DNA from: Polyangiales bacterium
Lineage (GTDB): Bacteria > Myxococcota_A > Polyangia > Polyangiales > JADJQN01
NCBI GenBank assembly: GCA_964202905.1
Contig: CAXNJO010000010.1
Location: 94,662 to 158,661 of the forward strand
Length of the DNA stretch: 64,000 bases
Direction of reading: 5' to 3'
Below the pieces are notes generated by a model. The model ran no database searches, had not been told where the DNA came from, and saw only the letters and a list, made by a program, of their open reading frames with translations. This document shows positions 37,762-48,346 of this stretch, one piece after another (positions within the stretch are counted from its first letter, which is position 1; the number at the start of each line of letters is the position of its first letter). The position numbers and the translations under genes are program-made.

Positions 37762-38979
37762 TCACTCGTAGCGCAGCGCGTCGATCGGGTTGAGCCGCGC
37801 GGCCTTGCGCGCCGGGAAGAAGCCGAAACCGACGCCGACCGCCGCGCTGAACACGAAGGCGACGACGACGATCTCCGGCACGAACACGAAGGGCAGCCCG
37901 AGCGGCCCCGACGCGAGGTACGAGCCGCCGAGCCCGAGCACGATCCCCACGAGCCCGCCGAGCGTCGAGAGCACCGTCGCCTCGACGAGGAACTGCAGGA
38001 GCACCTCGCGGCCACGCGCGCCGATCGCGAGGCGGATGCCGATCTCGCGCGTCCGCTCCGTCACGCTCACGAGCATGATGTTCATGATGCCGATGCCGCC
38101 GACGAGCAGCGACACGCTCGCGATCGCGCCGAGCAGCGCCGTGAGCACGCCCGTCGCCGTCGACGCGAGCTCGGTGATCTCCTTCGTGTCGCGCACGAGG
38201 AAGTCGCTGTCCGCGCCGTCCACGATGCGCCGCCGCTGGCGCAGGAGCGCGTCGATGCCGCGCTGCGCCTCCGTGGTCGCGTCGGCGGACACGGCCGAGA
38301 CGAAGATGACGCCGACGTCCTGGTTCCCCGCGATGCGCCGCTGGAACATGGAGATCGGCACCGCGACGAAGTCGTCCTGATCGTCGCCGAAGGTCGATCG
38401 CCCCTTCTCCTCGAGCAGACCGATGACCTCGCAGGAGATGGCACCGACGCGGATCGTCGCGCCGAGCGGGTCCGCCGTGCCGAAGAGCTCGCGGCGCGGC
38501 GTCGCGCCGAGCACGCAGACCGCGGTGCCCGCGAGCTCCTCCGACTCGAGGAAGACGCGCCCCGCCGCGAGGCCCCACTCGCGCACGCGGAAGTAGTCGT
38601 TCGTCGTGCCCGTGATGCCGGTGCGCCAGTTCTTGTTGCCGTACACCGCGAGGCCCGCGCCACCCGCGCTCGGCGCCGCGGCCGCGACGCCGGAGACTTC
38701 TTCCGCGATCGCGCGTGCGTCGGCGACGTCGAAGGGCGGCGCGCTCACCACCGTCGCCGTGCGCCTCCCCGCGCCGGGGAACACGAAGAGCAGGTTGCGA
38801 CCGAGGCTCGAGATGTCGTTCGTGATGCGCCGCGTCGCACCCTCGCCGAGGTGCACCATCGCGATGACGGCCGCGACGCCGATGATCACGCCGAGCGTGG
38901 TGAGCACGCTGCGCAGCGTGTTGCGGCGGATCTCGCGCAGGCTCATCAGCAGCGTGTTCCAGAGCATCGAGGGGCTCAT
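37762..38979 (-). CDS. MacB-type ABC transporter permease
   Basis: RSVLTTLGVIIGVAAVI, VGGIGIMNIMLVSVTERTREIGIR, PARKAARLNPIDALRYE. Confidence 0.95.
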   Translation of the reverse strand: MSPSMLWNTLLMSLREIRRNTLRSVLTTLGVIIGVAAVIAMVHLGEGATRRITNDISSLGRNLLFVFPGAGRRTATVVSAPPFDVADARAIAEEVSGVAAAAPSAGGAGLAVYGNKNWRTGITGTTNDYFRVREWGLAAGRVFLESEELAGTAVCVLGATPRRELFGTADPLGATIRVGAISCEVIGLLEEKGRSTFGDDQDDFVAVPISMFQRRIAGNQDVGVIFVSAVSADATTEAQRGIDALLRQRRRIVDGADSDFLVRDTKEITELASTATGVLTALLGAIASVSLLVGGIGIMNIMLVSVTERTREIGIRLAIGARGREVLLQFLVEATVLSTLGGLVGIVLGLGGSYLASGPLGLPFVFVPEIVVVAFVFSAAVGVGFGFFPARKAARLNPIDALRYE

Positions 38980-39719
38980 CGCGCGGGCTCCTGACGGACG
39001 TCGGAGAGGATGAGACCATCCCGAAAGGTGATGAGCCGCGACGCCCACGCCGCGACGCTCGGGTCGTGCGTGACCATGACGATCGTGATGCGGCGATCGC
39101 GGTTGAGCCCCGCGATGAGGCGCATCAGCTCCGCGGTGCGCGCCGAGTCGAGGTTGCCCGTGGGCTCGTCGGCGAGGAGCACGGCCGGGTCGGTGACGAT
39201 CGCGCGCGCGATCGCCACGCGCTGCTGCTGGCCGCCGGAGAGCTCGCTCGGCGCGTGCGTCTCGCGGCCGGCGAGGCCGACCTGCGCGAGCGCGCCGAGC
39301 GCGCGGACACGCCGCTCGCGCGCGGACACGCCGCGGTAGAGCAGCGGCAGCTCGACGTTCTCGAGCGCGGTGGTGCGCGCGAGCAGGTTGAAGCCCTGGA
39401 ACACGAAGCCGAGGTAGTGCCGGCGCAGAAGCGCGCGCTGGTCCAGCGAGAGCGTGCCGACCTCGACGCCGCGGAAGAGGTGGTGCCCGCCCGTCGGCGC
39501 GTCGAGGCAGCCGAGCACGTTCATGCACGTGCTCTTGCCGCTGCCGCTCGCGCCCATCACGGCGACGAACTCGCCGTCACCGACGCGGAGATCGACGCCC
39601 GCGAGCGCGCGCACCTCGGCCTCGCCGCGCCCGTAGATCTTGGTCACGCCGCGCAGCTCGATGAGCGGGGGGGCCGCGGGCAGGGCCCCTCCCCCGGACG
39701 GCGCGGGCGCGCTCGGCAC
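38976..39719 (-). CDS. ABC transporter ATP-binding protein (MacB/LolD type)
   Basis: [38 protein letters not shown]. Confidence 0.96.
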   Translation of the reverse strand: MPSAPAPSGGGALPAAPPLIELRGVTKIYGRGEAEVRALAGVDLRVGDGEFVAVMGASGSGKSTCMNVLGCLDAPTGGHHLFRGVEVGTLSLDQRALLRRHYLGFVFQGFNLLARTTALENVELPLLYRGVSARERRVRALGALAQVGLAGRETHAPSELSGGQQQRVAIARAIVTDPAVLLADEPTGNLDSARTAELMRLIAGLNRDRRITIVMVTHDPSVAAWASRLITFRDGLILSDVRQEPAR

Positions 39720-39722
39720 GCG

Positions 39723-41027
39723 CTACTCCTCGCGCTTCGCGTCGACGACGAGCGCGACGCCTGGCTGGATCGCGCCGCCGAGCACCTCCGTCACGCGCCC
39801 GTCGGTGACGCCCGTCTCGAGCGCGATGGGCGAGAGCACGCCCGGCGTCCGCTCGACCCAGACGTGCCGCCCCTGCCCGAGGCGCTTGCGCTGCTCCTCG
39901 GCCTCGCGGCCCGGCGGCAGGAAGCGCAGCGCCGCGTTCGGGACGACGAGCGCCTGGCTGCGGCGATCGGAGACGATGCTGACCGTCGCGGTCATGCCGG
40001 GCCGCAGGAGCCGCTCGCGGTTGTCGAGCGCGAGCACGGCCTCGTAGGTGACGACGTTCTGCACGGTGCGCGGCGCGTTGCGCAGCTCGGCGACGCGCGC
40101 GTCGAAGTGCCGACCCGGGTACGCCGCGACCGTGAAGGTCGCCGTCTGCGCCTCGCGCACGCGCCCGACGTCGGCCTCGTCGACGTCGACGCGGAGCTCC
40201 ATGCGGGTGAGGTCCTCGGCGAGCGTGAGGAGCTGCGCCGTCTGGAACTGGCCGTTCACCGTCTGGCCGGGCTCGACGTTGCGCGCGAGCACGACGCCGT
40301 CGATCGGCGCGCGCAGGACGCTCTTGCCGAGCTGCGTGGTCGCGTTGGCGAGCGCTGCGGCCGCGATCTGCTGCTGCGCGCGGGCGCTCGCGACGCCCGC
40401 CTCGGCGCGCGCGACGGCCGCGCGGGCCGTGTCGAGCTCGGCCTGCGCGACGATCTCGCGGGCGCGGAGCCCCGTCGCGCGCTCGAGGTTCACGCGCGCC
40501 TCGGCGAGCACGGCCTCGGCCTGCTGCACCGCCGCGCGCGCGCCCGCACCTTGCGCGCGCACCTCGCGGACGCGCGCCTCGAGCTGCTCGGGGTCGATCT
40601 CGACGAGCACCTGCCCCACGCGCACCGGGTCGTTGAAGTCGACGTGCACGGCCGCGACGCGGCCCGACACCTCGGTGCCGACCTGCACGGTGTGCAGCGG
40701 CTGCACGGTGCCCGTCGCCGTGACGATCACCGCGATGTCCGCGCGGCGTGAGCGGGCCGTCTCGTAGCGGGTGCGCTTCGGCCGCGTCGCGCGGCCGATG
40801 AGCACGGCCAGCCCCGCGATCACGCCGACGACGACGAGCAGCGCGATCACGCGCCCCACCCAGCGCCGCGCCACGCCGCCGGCCCCGACGCCGAGCGTCC
40901 GCGCGACGTCCTTGTCGGCGCCCGCGTCCGACGTGCCGTCGGGCCCCGCGTGGGGCGCTGCAGCGGCGGCACCGTGCGACGCCTCCGTCCCTCTCGCGCT
41001 CTCCCCGGGGCTCGCCACGGGCCGCAT
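39723..41027 (-). CDS. MacA-type periplasmic adaptor (membrane fusion protein)
   Basis: VGTEVSGRV..V.VDFND.V..GQ, APIDGVV, VDEADVG, LRPGMTA. Confidence 0.93.
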   Translation of the reverse strand: MRPVASPGESARGTEASHGAAAAAPHAGPDGTSDAGADKDVARTLGVGAGGVARRWVGRVIALLVVVGVIAGLAVLIGRATRPKRTRYETARSRRADIAVIVTATGTVQPLHTVQVGTEVSGRVAAVHVDFNDPVRVGQVLVEIDPEQLEARVREVRAQGAGARAAVQQAEAVLAEARVNLERATGLRAREIVAQAELDTARAAVARAEAGVASARAQQQIAAAALANATTQLGKSVLRAPIDGVVLARNVEPGQTVNGQFQTAQLLTLAEDLTRMELRVDVDEADVGRVREAQTATFTVAAYPGRHFDARVAELRNAPRTVQNVVTYEAVLALDNRERLLRPGMTATVSIVSDRRSQALVVPNAALRFLPPGREAEEQRKRLGQGRHVWVERTPGVLSPIALETGVTDGRVTEVLGGAIQPGVALVVDAKREE

Positions 41028-41087
41028 CGTAGGACCGGACCCCGGCGGCGCAACGCGCGCACCGACGCGGCGCGACTGAATGGCGAT

Positions 41088-41930
41088 TCAGTGGGCCGTG
41101 TCCGCGGACCCCGGCGCCTCGAGCGTGATGGCGACCGCGTGCCGCACCGGGCCGCGCGGCGGCAGCACGCGCACGCCGCCCGCCTCGCGCCAGGCGGCGC
41201 CCGTGCTCGGGCCGCCGTCGAGGTTCAGCGCCTGCGCGCAGCCGCGCGCCGCGAGCAGCCGCGCGAGCGCATGCAGCGTGGGCCCGTCGCGGCCTTCGTC
41301 GTCGGCCCCGCGCGCGACGACGACCTCGAGCACGCCGCCGCCGTCACGCAGGCAGAGCGCGGTGCGGTCCGCGCGCCGCCCGTCGTCGCTGCGGATGTTC
41401 ACGGCGCCGTCCACCACGAGGCGCGGCCGGCACTGCACCGCGAAGTCCACGTCGCCCGGCGCGGGCGGCGCCTCGGCCGCGAAGAGCCGCGCGAGGCCGC
41501 CACGCGCCGCGAGCACGCCGCCACCGATGCGCGCGAGGAACGGCGAGAGCATCCGGCCGCCGCTCACGACGAGCCCCTCCGGTTCACCGCGCAGCCCGAA
41601 GAAACCGCCGTTCACGACGAGCGTCGCGCCCCGCGCGCGGAGCGCCGCGTCGAGCCCGCGGGTCATGCCGACGTCGACCACCTCGAGCCGCGCCCGCGCG
41701 AGCGGGACGCGGAAGGCGTGCAGCCGGTAACGCGCCCCGTCGGTCGGCGACGCGCCGATCACCGTCGGAAGGATCGTCGCGGGCGTCGGCCCGGCCCCGC
41801 GCGCGCCCCCGGCTTCCTGCGCGCCCGCGGGCGTGATCACCCCGCGCGCTCCGGCGGCGAGCGCGCACGCCGCGAGCGCGCCGAGCACGGCGTGCCGCGC
41901 TCCGACGCGACCCGCGCCGCGCCTCACCAT
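41088..41930 (-). CDS. Phosphodiester glycosidase (NAGPA-like) family protein
   Basis: VVNGGFF, RTAL, GC..ALNLDGGPST. Confidence 0.8.
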   Translation of the reverse strand: MVRRGAGRVGARHAVLGALAACALAAGARGVITPAGAQEAGGARGAGPTPATILPTVIGASPTDGARYRLHAFRVPLARARLEVVDVGMTRGLDAALRARGATLVVNGGFFGLRGEPEGLVVSGGRMLSPFLARIGGGVLAARGGLARLFAAEAPPAPGDVDFAVQCRPRLVVDGAVNIRSDDGRRADRTALCLRDGGGVLEVVVARGADDEGRDGPTLHALARLLAARGCAQALNLDGGPSTGAAWREAGGVRVLPPRGPVRHAVAITLEAPGSADTAH

Positions 41931-42922
41931 GCGAGCACGAGCTTGCCGAAGCTGTCGCCCGCCTCGAGCCGCGCGTGCGCCTCACGCGCCGCGTCCATCG
42001 GCAGCACCGCGTCGACGACGGGCCGCAGCGCGCCGCGCTCGAAGAGCGGCAGGAGCCGCTGCGTGAAGACCCGCGCGAGCGCGATCTTCTCCTCGAGCGG
42101 GCGGCTCCGCAGCACGGAGCCGAGCACGCGCGCGCGCTTCTGCAGGAGCATGCCGAGCGCCAGCGGCGCCGTCGCGCCCGCGAGCAGGCCGATGACGACG
42201 ACGCGCCCCCCCGGCGCGAGCGCGCGCAGGTCTTCCTCGAGGTACGCCGCGCCGACTCCGTCGAGCACCACGTCCGCGCCGCGCCCACCCGTCAGCGCAT
42301 GCACGCGCTCCGCGAAGCGCGCATCGGTGACCGTGATTCCGTCGTCCGAGGCGAGCCCCAGCGACGCGCAGCGCGCGAGCTTCTCCGTCGTGCGCGACGT
42401 GCCGATCGTCCGCGCGCCGAGCGCCTGCCCGAGCTGCAACGCCGCGGTGCCGACGCCGCTGCCGATCGCGTGCACGAGCAGCGTGTCCCCGCTCGCGAGC
42501 CCGCCCTGCGTGACGATCGCGTCGTACGCGGTGAGGAACGCCTCGGGCAGCGCCGCGGCGTCGGTGAACGACATCCCGCGCGGCACCGCGATGGCCTCGC
42601 GCGCGTGCACGACGAGGTGCGTCGCGAGCGCGCCGCCCGCGACGATCCCCATCACCGCGTCGCCGGGCTTCCACTCGCGCACGCCCTCCCCGACGGACTC
42701 CACGGTGCCTGCGTACTCGAGGCCGGGCACGTCCACGGGCGCCCCGGGCGGTGCGGGATACACACCGCGCCGCTGCAGCAGATCGGCGCGGTTGACGCCC
42801 GCTGCCGCGACCGCGACGCGCACCTCGCCCCAGCCCGGATCGCGCACCACGAGCTCCCCGGGCGCGAGCACCTCGGGACCACCGGGGGACGTGATGCGGA
42901 CGGTACGCGCGACGAGAGACAT
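41924..42922 (-). CDS. NAD(P)H:quinone oxidoreductase (PIG3/zeta-crystallin type)
   Basis: AGVNRADLLQRRG.YP, PGLEYAG, LVHAIGSGVGTAA, GSVLRSR, FGKLVL. Confidence 0.93.
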   Translation of the reverse strand: MSLVARTVRITSPGGPEVLAPGELVVRDPGWGEVRVAVAAAGVNRADLLQRRGVYPAPPGAPVDVPGLEYAGTVESVGEGVREWKPGDAVMGIVAGGALATHLVVHAREAIAVPRGMSFTDAAALPEAFLTAYDAIVTQGGLASGDTLLVHAIGSGVGTAALQLGQALGARTIGTSRTTEKLARCASLGLASDDGITVTDARFAERVHALTGGRGADVVLDGVGAAYLEEDLRALAPGGRVVVIGLLAGATAPLALGMLLQKRARVLGSVLRSRPLEEKIALARVFTQRLLPLFERGALRPVVDAVLPMDAAREAHARLEAGDSFGKLVLAW

Positions 42923-43018
42923 CCGCCGAAGGTAGCGCAGCGACTCGCCGCGCGGGCACCGCGACGACACGCGGCGACCCCACGCGGCGCGCCGCGACAT
43001 CGGGGGACACCGCGCGTG

Positions 43019-44470
43019 TCAGGGCGTGACGACGCGGTGCACGACGACGGGACCGAGGGCATCGCGGACGATGGTGAGCGGCGCCACGGTGTCGAACCGC
43101 ACGGTGGTCGTCTCGGCGCGGTACATGGGCGGGACACCGATGGCGACCGCGTCGCCGAGAGCCGCCGGATCCACGCTCACGATGGTCCCGGTGATGACGG
43201 TGCGCGACGCGACGGCGAGCAGGCCCGCGGCGCTGAGCAGCTGGAAGGTCCCGGCGTTGGTCCCGCTGTTCGTGTCGAACACGACGACCACCCCGCCGCG
43301 CCGGACGAAGGTGTCGAGCGCTGCGCTCCACTCGGCGCCGACGGCGTTGAGCTCCGCATCGGTGGCGTCGCGCTGGGCGTAGACGACGAGCACGTCCGCC
43401 GACGCGAGCATTCCCGGGACGCTCGCGCGCGTGACGGGGATGCGCATCCAGCCGCGGCCGCTCGCCGTGCTGACCTGGTCGATGGCGACGTCCGTCCCCG
43501 TGATCGACGCCGCGCGCGCGCTCCCGACGTACGCGAGGACCCGCACGGGGGCGCCGGCGCCGAGGAAGACGGCGTTGCCCGCGATGCGGTTCATGCCGAC
43601 GCGCGTGGTCGTGTAGTCGTGGCCGACGAGCACGACGTGACCCGCCGCGCCCGTCGAGCAGAGGCCGTCGATGCAGATCCCGGTGGCGCAGACGTTCCCG
43701 CAACGTCCGCAGTGGTCGGCGTCCGACTGGAGGTCGATGCAGCTCCGGCCGCAGGCGACGAGCGGCGCCGTGCACACCGGCGCGCAGCCGCCGACGGAGC
43801 ACACGTCCATCGGCGTGCACACGTAGCCGCAGAGGCCGCAGTTCGCCGGGTCCGAGTTGAGCCGCACGCACACGTCGCCGCAGCGCGTCTCGCCGAGCTC
43901 GCACGCCAGCGGGCCGCCGCCGTCGACGGCGCCCGCGTCCGCGGCCCCGCCGTCGCTGCCGCCACCGTCGAGGACGTCGCCGTCGAGGACGTCGCCATCG
44001 AGGACGTCGCCGTCGAGGACGCCGCCGTCGAGCCCGCCTGCGTCGGTGTCGCCCGCGTCCCCGACCGCGCCGTCGCCGAGGGCCCCATCGGGCCCCGCCG
44101 CGTCGGAGGCGCCGCCGTCGTCGATCGCCGCGTCGGACGCGCCGTCCGGGGCCTCGCCGTCCGCGACGTCCGCGTCGCGCGGGCCGAGATCGGTGCGCCC
44201 GCCATCGAGGCCGGCGTCGCCCGCGACGCACATCCCCGCCGCGCAGACGGCCCCGACCTCGCACGCGCTCCCGCAGGCGCCGCAGTGGCGCGGGTCGGCC
44301 TGCACGTCCACGCACGCGCCGCGGCACACCGCGTAGCCCTCCGCGCACTCGCCGCCGACGATCGGGCTCGCGCAGGCCGCGAGGAGCAGTGACGCGAGCG
44401 ACGCGACGAGCGCGGGCCAGCGCACGATCGCGAGCCTGGCCGCGTGCGCCTCGAACGAACGGTGCTTCAT
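43019..44470 (-). CDS. Cys-rich (MXAN_6577/Stig1-like repeat) lipoprotein
   Basis: Lipobox LAAC; CVDVQADPRHCGACG, NSDPANCGLCG, DLQSDADHCGRCG; C-terminal alpha/beta domain; ATGA overlap with the OmpA gene stop. Confidence 0.8.
   Translation of the reverse strand: MKHRSFEAHAARLAIVRWPALVASLASLLLAACASPIVGGECAEGYAVCRGACVDVQADPRHCGACGSACEVGAVCAAGMCVAGDAGLDGGRTDLGPRDADVADGEAPDGASDAAIDDGGASDAAGPDGALGDGAVGDAGDTDAGGLDGGVLDGDVLDGDVLDGDVLDGGGSDGGAADAGAVDGGGPLACELGETRCGDVCVRLNSDPANCGLCGYVCTPMDVCSVGGCAPVCTAPLVACGRSCIDLQSDADHCGRCGNVCATGICIDGLCSTGAAGHVVLVGHDYTTTRVGMNRIAGNAVFLGAGAPVRVLAYVGSARAASITGTDVAIDQVSTASGRGWMRIPVTRASVPGMLASADVLVVYAQRDATDAELNAVGAEWSAALDTFVRRGGVVVVFDTNSGTNAGTFQLLSAAGLLAVASRTVITGTIVSVDPAALGDAVAIGVPPMYRAETTTVRFDTVAPLTIVRDALGPVVVHRVVTP
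43955..44030 (-). repeat. 15-bp coding tandem repeat (DGDVL/DGGVL x4)
   Basis: gaggacgtcgccgtc repeated at a 15-nt period. Confidence 0.85.
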
Positions 44471-45957
44471 GGTTCGCCTCCGGGCGATGCAGGGGTCGCG
44501 GGTGGGGCCGTCGGCGCGGCAGGGGCGCCCGTCGCTTCCGGCGCGGCCGGTGGGATAGGGGCGTCCGAGCCGAGCGGGGGTGCCGGCGCGTCGCTCGCGG
44601 CGGGCGCGGCAGGCGCCTCGCTCGCGGCGGGCGCCTCGCTTGCGGCGGGCGTCGGGGCGCCGCGGCGCGCGACGACGACGAACTCGACGCGGCGGTTGCG
44701 CTGGTGCACCTCCTCGGCGCTGAGCGTGCCCTCCTCGCGCATCGCGCGGGGCCGCTCCGCGCCGAAACCGACGGATTCGATGATGCCGGCGGGGATGCCG
44801 AGCTCCACGAGCGCCTCGAGGACGTTCGCCGCGCGCCGCTCGCTGAGCGCCTGGTTGAACGCCGCGTCGCCACGGGTGTCCGCGTGCCCCTCGATGCGCA
44901 CGCGGCTCCACTCGGGGTGCTGCATCACGAGCGCCACGATCGCGCGGAGGATTGGCCGCGCCGTCGACTTCACACGCGCGCGCTCGACGTCGAAGAGGAC
45001 CGTCTCCTCGAGCACGATGCGGTCGTCGACGAGCGCGATGAGGCCCTCGTCGGGGCAGCCGTCGGCGTCGTCGACGCCGTTGACGATCTCCGCGTCGAGC
45101 GGGCAGCGGTCCGCATCGTCGAGGATCCCGTCGCCGTCGTTGTCGGCGTCGGGGCAGCCGTCCGCGTCCTCGAAGCCGTCGCGGTCCTCGGGGACGAGCG
45201 GGCAGCGGTCGTCGCCATCGCGCACGCGGTCGGCGTCGTTGTCGGGCTCGGGGCAGCCGTCGGTGTCCTCGAACGCGTCGACGTCCTCGGGCTCCTCCAC
45301 GCAGGCGTCGTCGGGGTCGAGGATCGTGTCGTGGTCGGTGTCGCGGGGGCCGCTGCGCGGGATCGCGCGGCGCACCACGCGCGGCCGCGGATCGAAGAGG
45401 AGCGCCTCGACGCCGGCGACGAGGAGGAGCGCGTCGCGGTCGTCGAGGGCGCCCTGCGGCTCGACGATCTGCGAGAAGCGCAGGGTGGGTCCGACCTCGA
45501 TCGGCCCCGCGCGGAAGAGGTAGCCGAGCCCGGCCTCGGCCGTGAAGCGCACGCGCGCCCCGGTGAGCGCGGCCCCGAGAGCGACCTCGGCGTAGAAGCC
45601 GTCGCCGCGCGTTCCGTCGTCCGCGCCGAGCCCGGTCGGGCGGAAGCGCAGCGCCGCGGTGAGCGCGCCGAGGCCGCCGAGACCCGGGTCGACCTGGTTC
45701 GCGCGCGTCGGGGGGGCGCCGTCCGCGAGCAGCCCGAGGCGCAGCCGCGCGCCGCCGAGGAGCCAGGGCGTCATCGGATGGTACGCGCTCACCGCCACGG
45801 TGCCGCCGGGCCCGAAGAGCGTCGACTGCGGCGCGCCGAGCGGCACGAGCGCCCCGGCCTCGGCGCCGAGCAGCCACGGCTCCTGCGCGCGCGCCGGGCT
45901 CCACGCCGCGAGCCACGCACAGCCGAGCGCGAGCGCGAACAGCGCCGCGGGACACAC
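44467..45957 (-). CDS. OmpA-family protein: beta-barrel + thrombospondin type-3 repeats + OmpA_C
   Basis: Beta-strand N-terminus; DTDHD.ILD.DDAC..EPED.D.FED.DGCP repeats; RIEGHAD.RG...NQALSERRA, RNRRVEF; start uncertain. Confidence 0.9.
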   Translation of the reverse strand: MCPAALFALALGCAWLAAWSPARAQEPWLLGAEAGALVPLGAPQSTLFGPGGTVAVSAYHPMTPWLLGGARLRLGLLADGAPPTRANQVDPGLGGLGALTAALRFRPTGLGADDGTRGDGFYAEVALGAALTGARVRFTAEAGLGYLFRAGPIEVGPTLRFSQIVEPQGALDDRDALLLVAGVEALLFDPRPRVVRRAIPRSGPRDTDHDTILDPDDACVEEPEDVDAFEDTDGCPEPDNDADRVRDGDDRCPLVPEDRDGFEDADGCPDADNDGDGILDDADRCPLDAEIVNGVDDADGCPDEGLIALVDDRIVLEETVLFDVERARVKSTARPILRAIVALVMQHPEWSRVRIEGHADTRGDAAFNQALSERRAANVLEALVELGIPAGIIESVGFGAERPRAMREEGTLSAEEVHQRNRRVEFVVVARRGAPTPAASEAPAASEAPAAPAASDAPAPPLGSDAPIPPAAPEATGAPAAPTAPPATPASPGGEP

Positions 45958-46015
45958 CCCGCGCGCCTGCGCATCCGCACACGTCCCCCGCGCTTTCCCG
46001 TACGATGCCCGCGCC

Positions 46016-48346
46016 ATGCGTTCCTGCGTCCTCTCGCTGCTCGTGCTGCCCGTCGCCGCGTCCCTCGCGGCCTGCGGGGGCGCACCATGCCCCGCCCCCG
46101 CGCCCGCTGCATCGTCCAGATCCGCGCCGACCGCCCCGAGCACGGCGCGCGCCTCACGCGAGCATGGGGCGGAAACGCCCGTAACTCCTCCGGATTCCGG
46201 CATCCTAGCCCAGATCTCCGCGACGCAGAACTTTCGGCTCGGACGCCCCGAGCGCGTCCGCCTCTCTCCAAACGGCAGCACCGCCTATTTCTTGCGCTCC
46301 GGGGCGCGCGAGGCGGCGCGCGACCTCTACGCGCTCGACGTCGTGTCGGGCGAAGAGCGCCGCGTCGTCACGGCCGAGGCCCTGCTCGGCGGCGGGCGCG
46401 AGGAGCTCTCGGACGCCGAGCGCGCACGCCGGGAGCGGCAGCGCCTCGTCGCACGCGGCATCGGCGACTACACGCTCTCGCCCGACGGCGCGACGCTGCT
46501 CGTGCCGCTCTCCGGCAAGCTCTTCCTCGTCGACGCGCGCACCGGCGCCGCGCGCACCGTCGGCGACGCGGCGGCGAGCGAAGCGCCCGTCGACGCGCGC
46601 TTCTCCCCGGACGGCGCTCAGCTCGCCTGCGTGCGCGACGGGGACGTCTACGTCGTCGACGTCGCGAGCGGCCGGGAGCGTCGCCTCACGCGGCGCCCCT
46701 CGCGCGCCATCTCGTACGGCGAGGCCGAGTTCGTCGCGCAGGAGGAGATGGACCGCATGGAGGGCTACTGGTGGTCGCCCGACGGCGCCACGCTCGCCGT
46801 CGAAGAGGCGGACACCGGCCCCGAAGAGACCTTCCACATCGCCGATCCCGCGCACCCGGAGCGCGCCCCGGCGACCTTCCCCTACCCGCGCGCAGGCCGC
46901 GCCAACGCGCTCGTGCGGCTCGGCCTCGTGTCCGCGCGTGGCGGCCGCTTCACCTGGGTCGACTGGGATCGCGAGCGCTTCCCCTACCTCGCGAAGGTCG
47001 TCTGGCCCGCGCGAGGGCCGCTCACGATCCTCGTGCAGGACCGCACGCAGCAGGAGGAGTGGCTGCTCGCCGTCGACCCGCGGACGGGCGCGACGCGCAC
47101 GCTGCTCACCGAGCGCGACACCGCGTGGCTGAACCTCGACGCGCAGATGCCGCGTTTCCTCGCGGACGGCAGCTTCCTCTGGACGAGCGAGCGCGGCGGC
47201 GCGTGGCAGCTCGAGCACCGCGCGCCGGACGGCACGCTGCGCCGCGCGCTCACGCTGCCCGAGCTCGGCTACCGCGGGCTCGCGCACGTCGACGAAGGCG
47301 CGGGGGCCGTCTACGTCCGCGCCGCGGCCGACCCGATCGAGGCGCACGTGTGGCGCGTGGCGCTCGCGGGCGACGCGGAGCCCGTGCAGCTGACCACGGA
47401 GCCGGGCGAGCACGACGCGATCTTCGCCGCGGCCGCGCCCGTGTGGATCGACGTCGCCGACACCGTCGCCGGCGAGCGTTTCGCGCGCGTTCGCCTCGCG
47501 GACGGACGCGCCGGGCCGACGCTCCGCGCGCTCGCCGAGACGCCCGCTGCGCTGCCGCGCCTCGAGCACGTCTGGACGGACACCGAGCCGCGGATGCGCG
47601 CGGTGATCGTGCGGCCGCGCGACTTCGACGCGGCGCGGCGCTACCCGGTGATCGAGTGGGCGTACGGCGGACCGCACGCGCTGCAGGTGCGCGCCTCGCC
47701 CTACCGCTACCTCACCGCGCAGTGGCTCGCGGACCATGGCTTCGTCGTCGTCTGCGTCGACGGCCGCGGCACGCCCGCGCGGGGCCGCGCCTTCGAGCGC
47801 GCGATCGCCCGCGACGTGATCACGCTGCCGCTCGCGGACCACGCGCTCGCGCTGCGCGCGCTCGGCCGGCGCTACCCGGAGCTCGACCTCGAGCGCGTCG
47901 GCGTGCACGGCTGGTCGTTCGGCGGGTACTACGCGGCCATGGCCGTGCTGCGCGGCGACAGCCTCTACAAGGCCGCGGTCGCGGGCGCGCCCGTCACGGA
48001 CTGGCACGACTACGACACGCACTACACCGAGCGCTACATGGGCCTGCCCGACGACAACACCGAGGGCTACACCTCGACGTCGGCGCTGACGCACGCGGCC
48101 GGCCTCGCGCGGCCGCTGCTGCTCGTGCACGGCACGGCCGACGACAACGTCTACTTCCTCCACTCGCTGCGCCTCGCCGACGCGCTCTTCCGCGCGGGGC
48201 GCGCGTTCGAGCTGCTCACGCTCGGCGGGCAGACGCACATGGTGTCCGATCCCGCGCTCACGCGAGGCCTGCAGGCCCGCCTCGCGGGCTTCTTCGCGCA
48301 GCACCTCGGGGCGCCGCGCGCCACGGACACCGCCGACGCGCGATGA
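46016..48346 (+). CDS. S9B dipeptidyl-peptidase IV lipoprotein
   Basis: Lipobox LAAC; AEFVAQEEM, WWSPDG, YPRAG, GWSFGG, YDTHYTERYMG, HGTADDNV, H of QTH. Confidence 0.95.
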   Translation: MRSCVLSLLVLPVAASLAACGGAPCPAPAPAASSRSAPTAPSTARASREHGAETPVTPPDSGILAQISATQNFRLGRPERVRLSPNGSTAYFLRSGAREAARDLYALDVVSGEERRVVTAEALLGGGREELSDAERARRERQRLVARGIGDYTLSPDGATLLVPLSGKLFLVDARTGAARTVGDAAASEAPVDARFSPDGAQLACVRDGDVYVVDVASGRERRLTRRPSRAISYGEAEFVAQEEMDRMEGYWWSPDGATLAVEEADTGPEETFHIADPAHPERAPATFPYPRAGRANALVRLGLVSARGGRFTWVDWDRERFPYLAKVVWPARGPLTILVQDRTQQEEWLLAVDPRTGATRTLLTERDTAWLNLDAQMPRFLADGSFLWTSERGGAWQLEHRAPDGTLRRALTLPELGYRGLAHVDEGAGAVYVRAAADPIEAHVWRVALAGDAEPVQLTTEPGEHDAIFAAAAPVWIDVADTVAGERFARVRLADGRAGPTLRALAETPAALPRLEHVWTDTEPRMRAVIVRPRDFDAARRYPVIEWAYGGPHALQVRASPYRYLTAQWLADHGFVVVCVDGRGTPARGRAFERAIARDVITLPLADHALALRALGRRYPELDLERVGVHGWSFGGYYAAMAVLRGDSLYKAAVAGAPVTDWHDYDTHYTERYMGLPDDNTEGYTSTSALTHAAGLARPLLLVHGTADDNVYFLHSLRLADALFRAGRAFELLTLGGQTHMVSDPALTRGLQARLAGFFAQHLGAPRATDTADAR

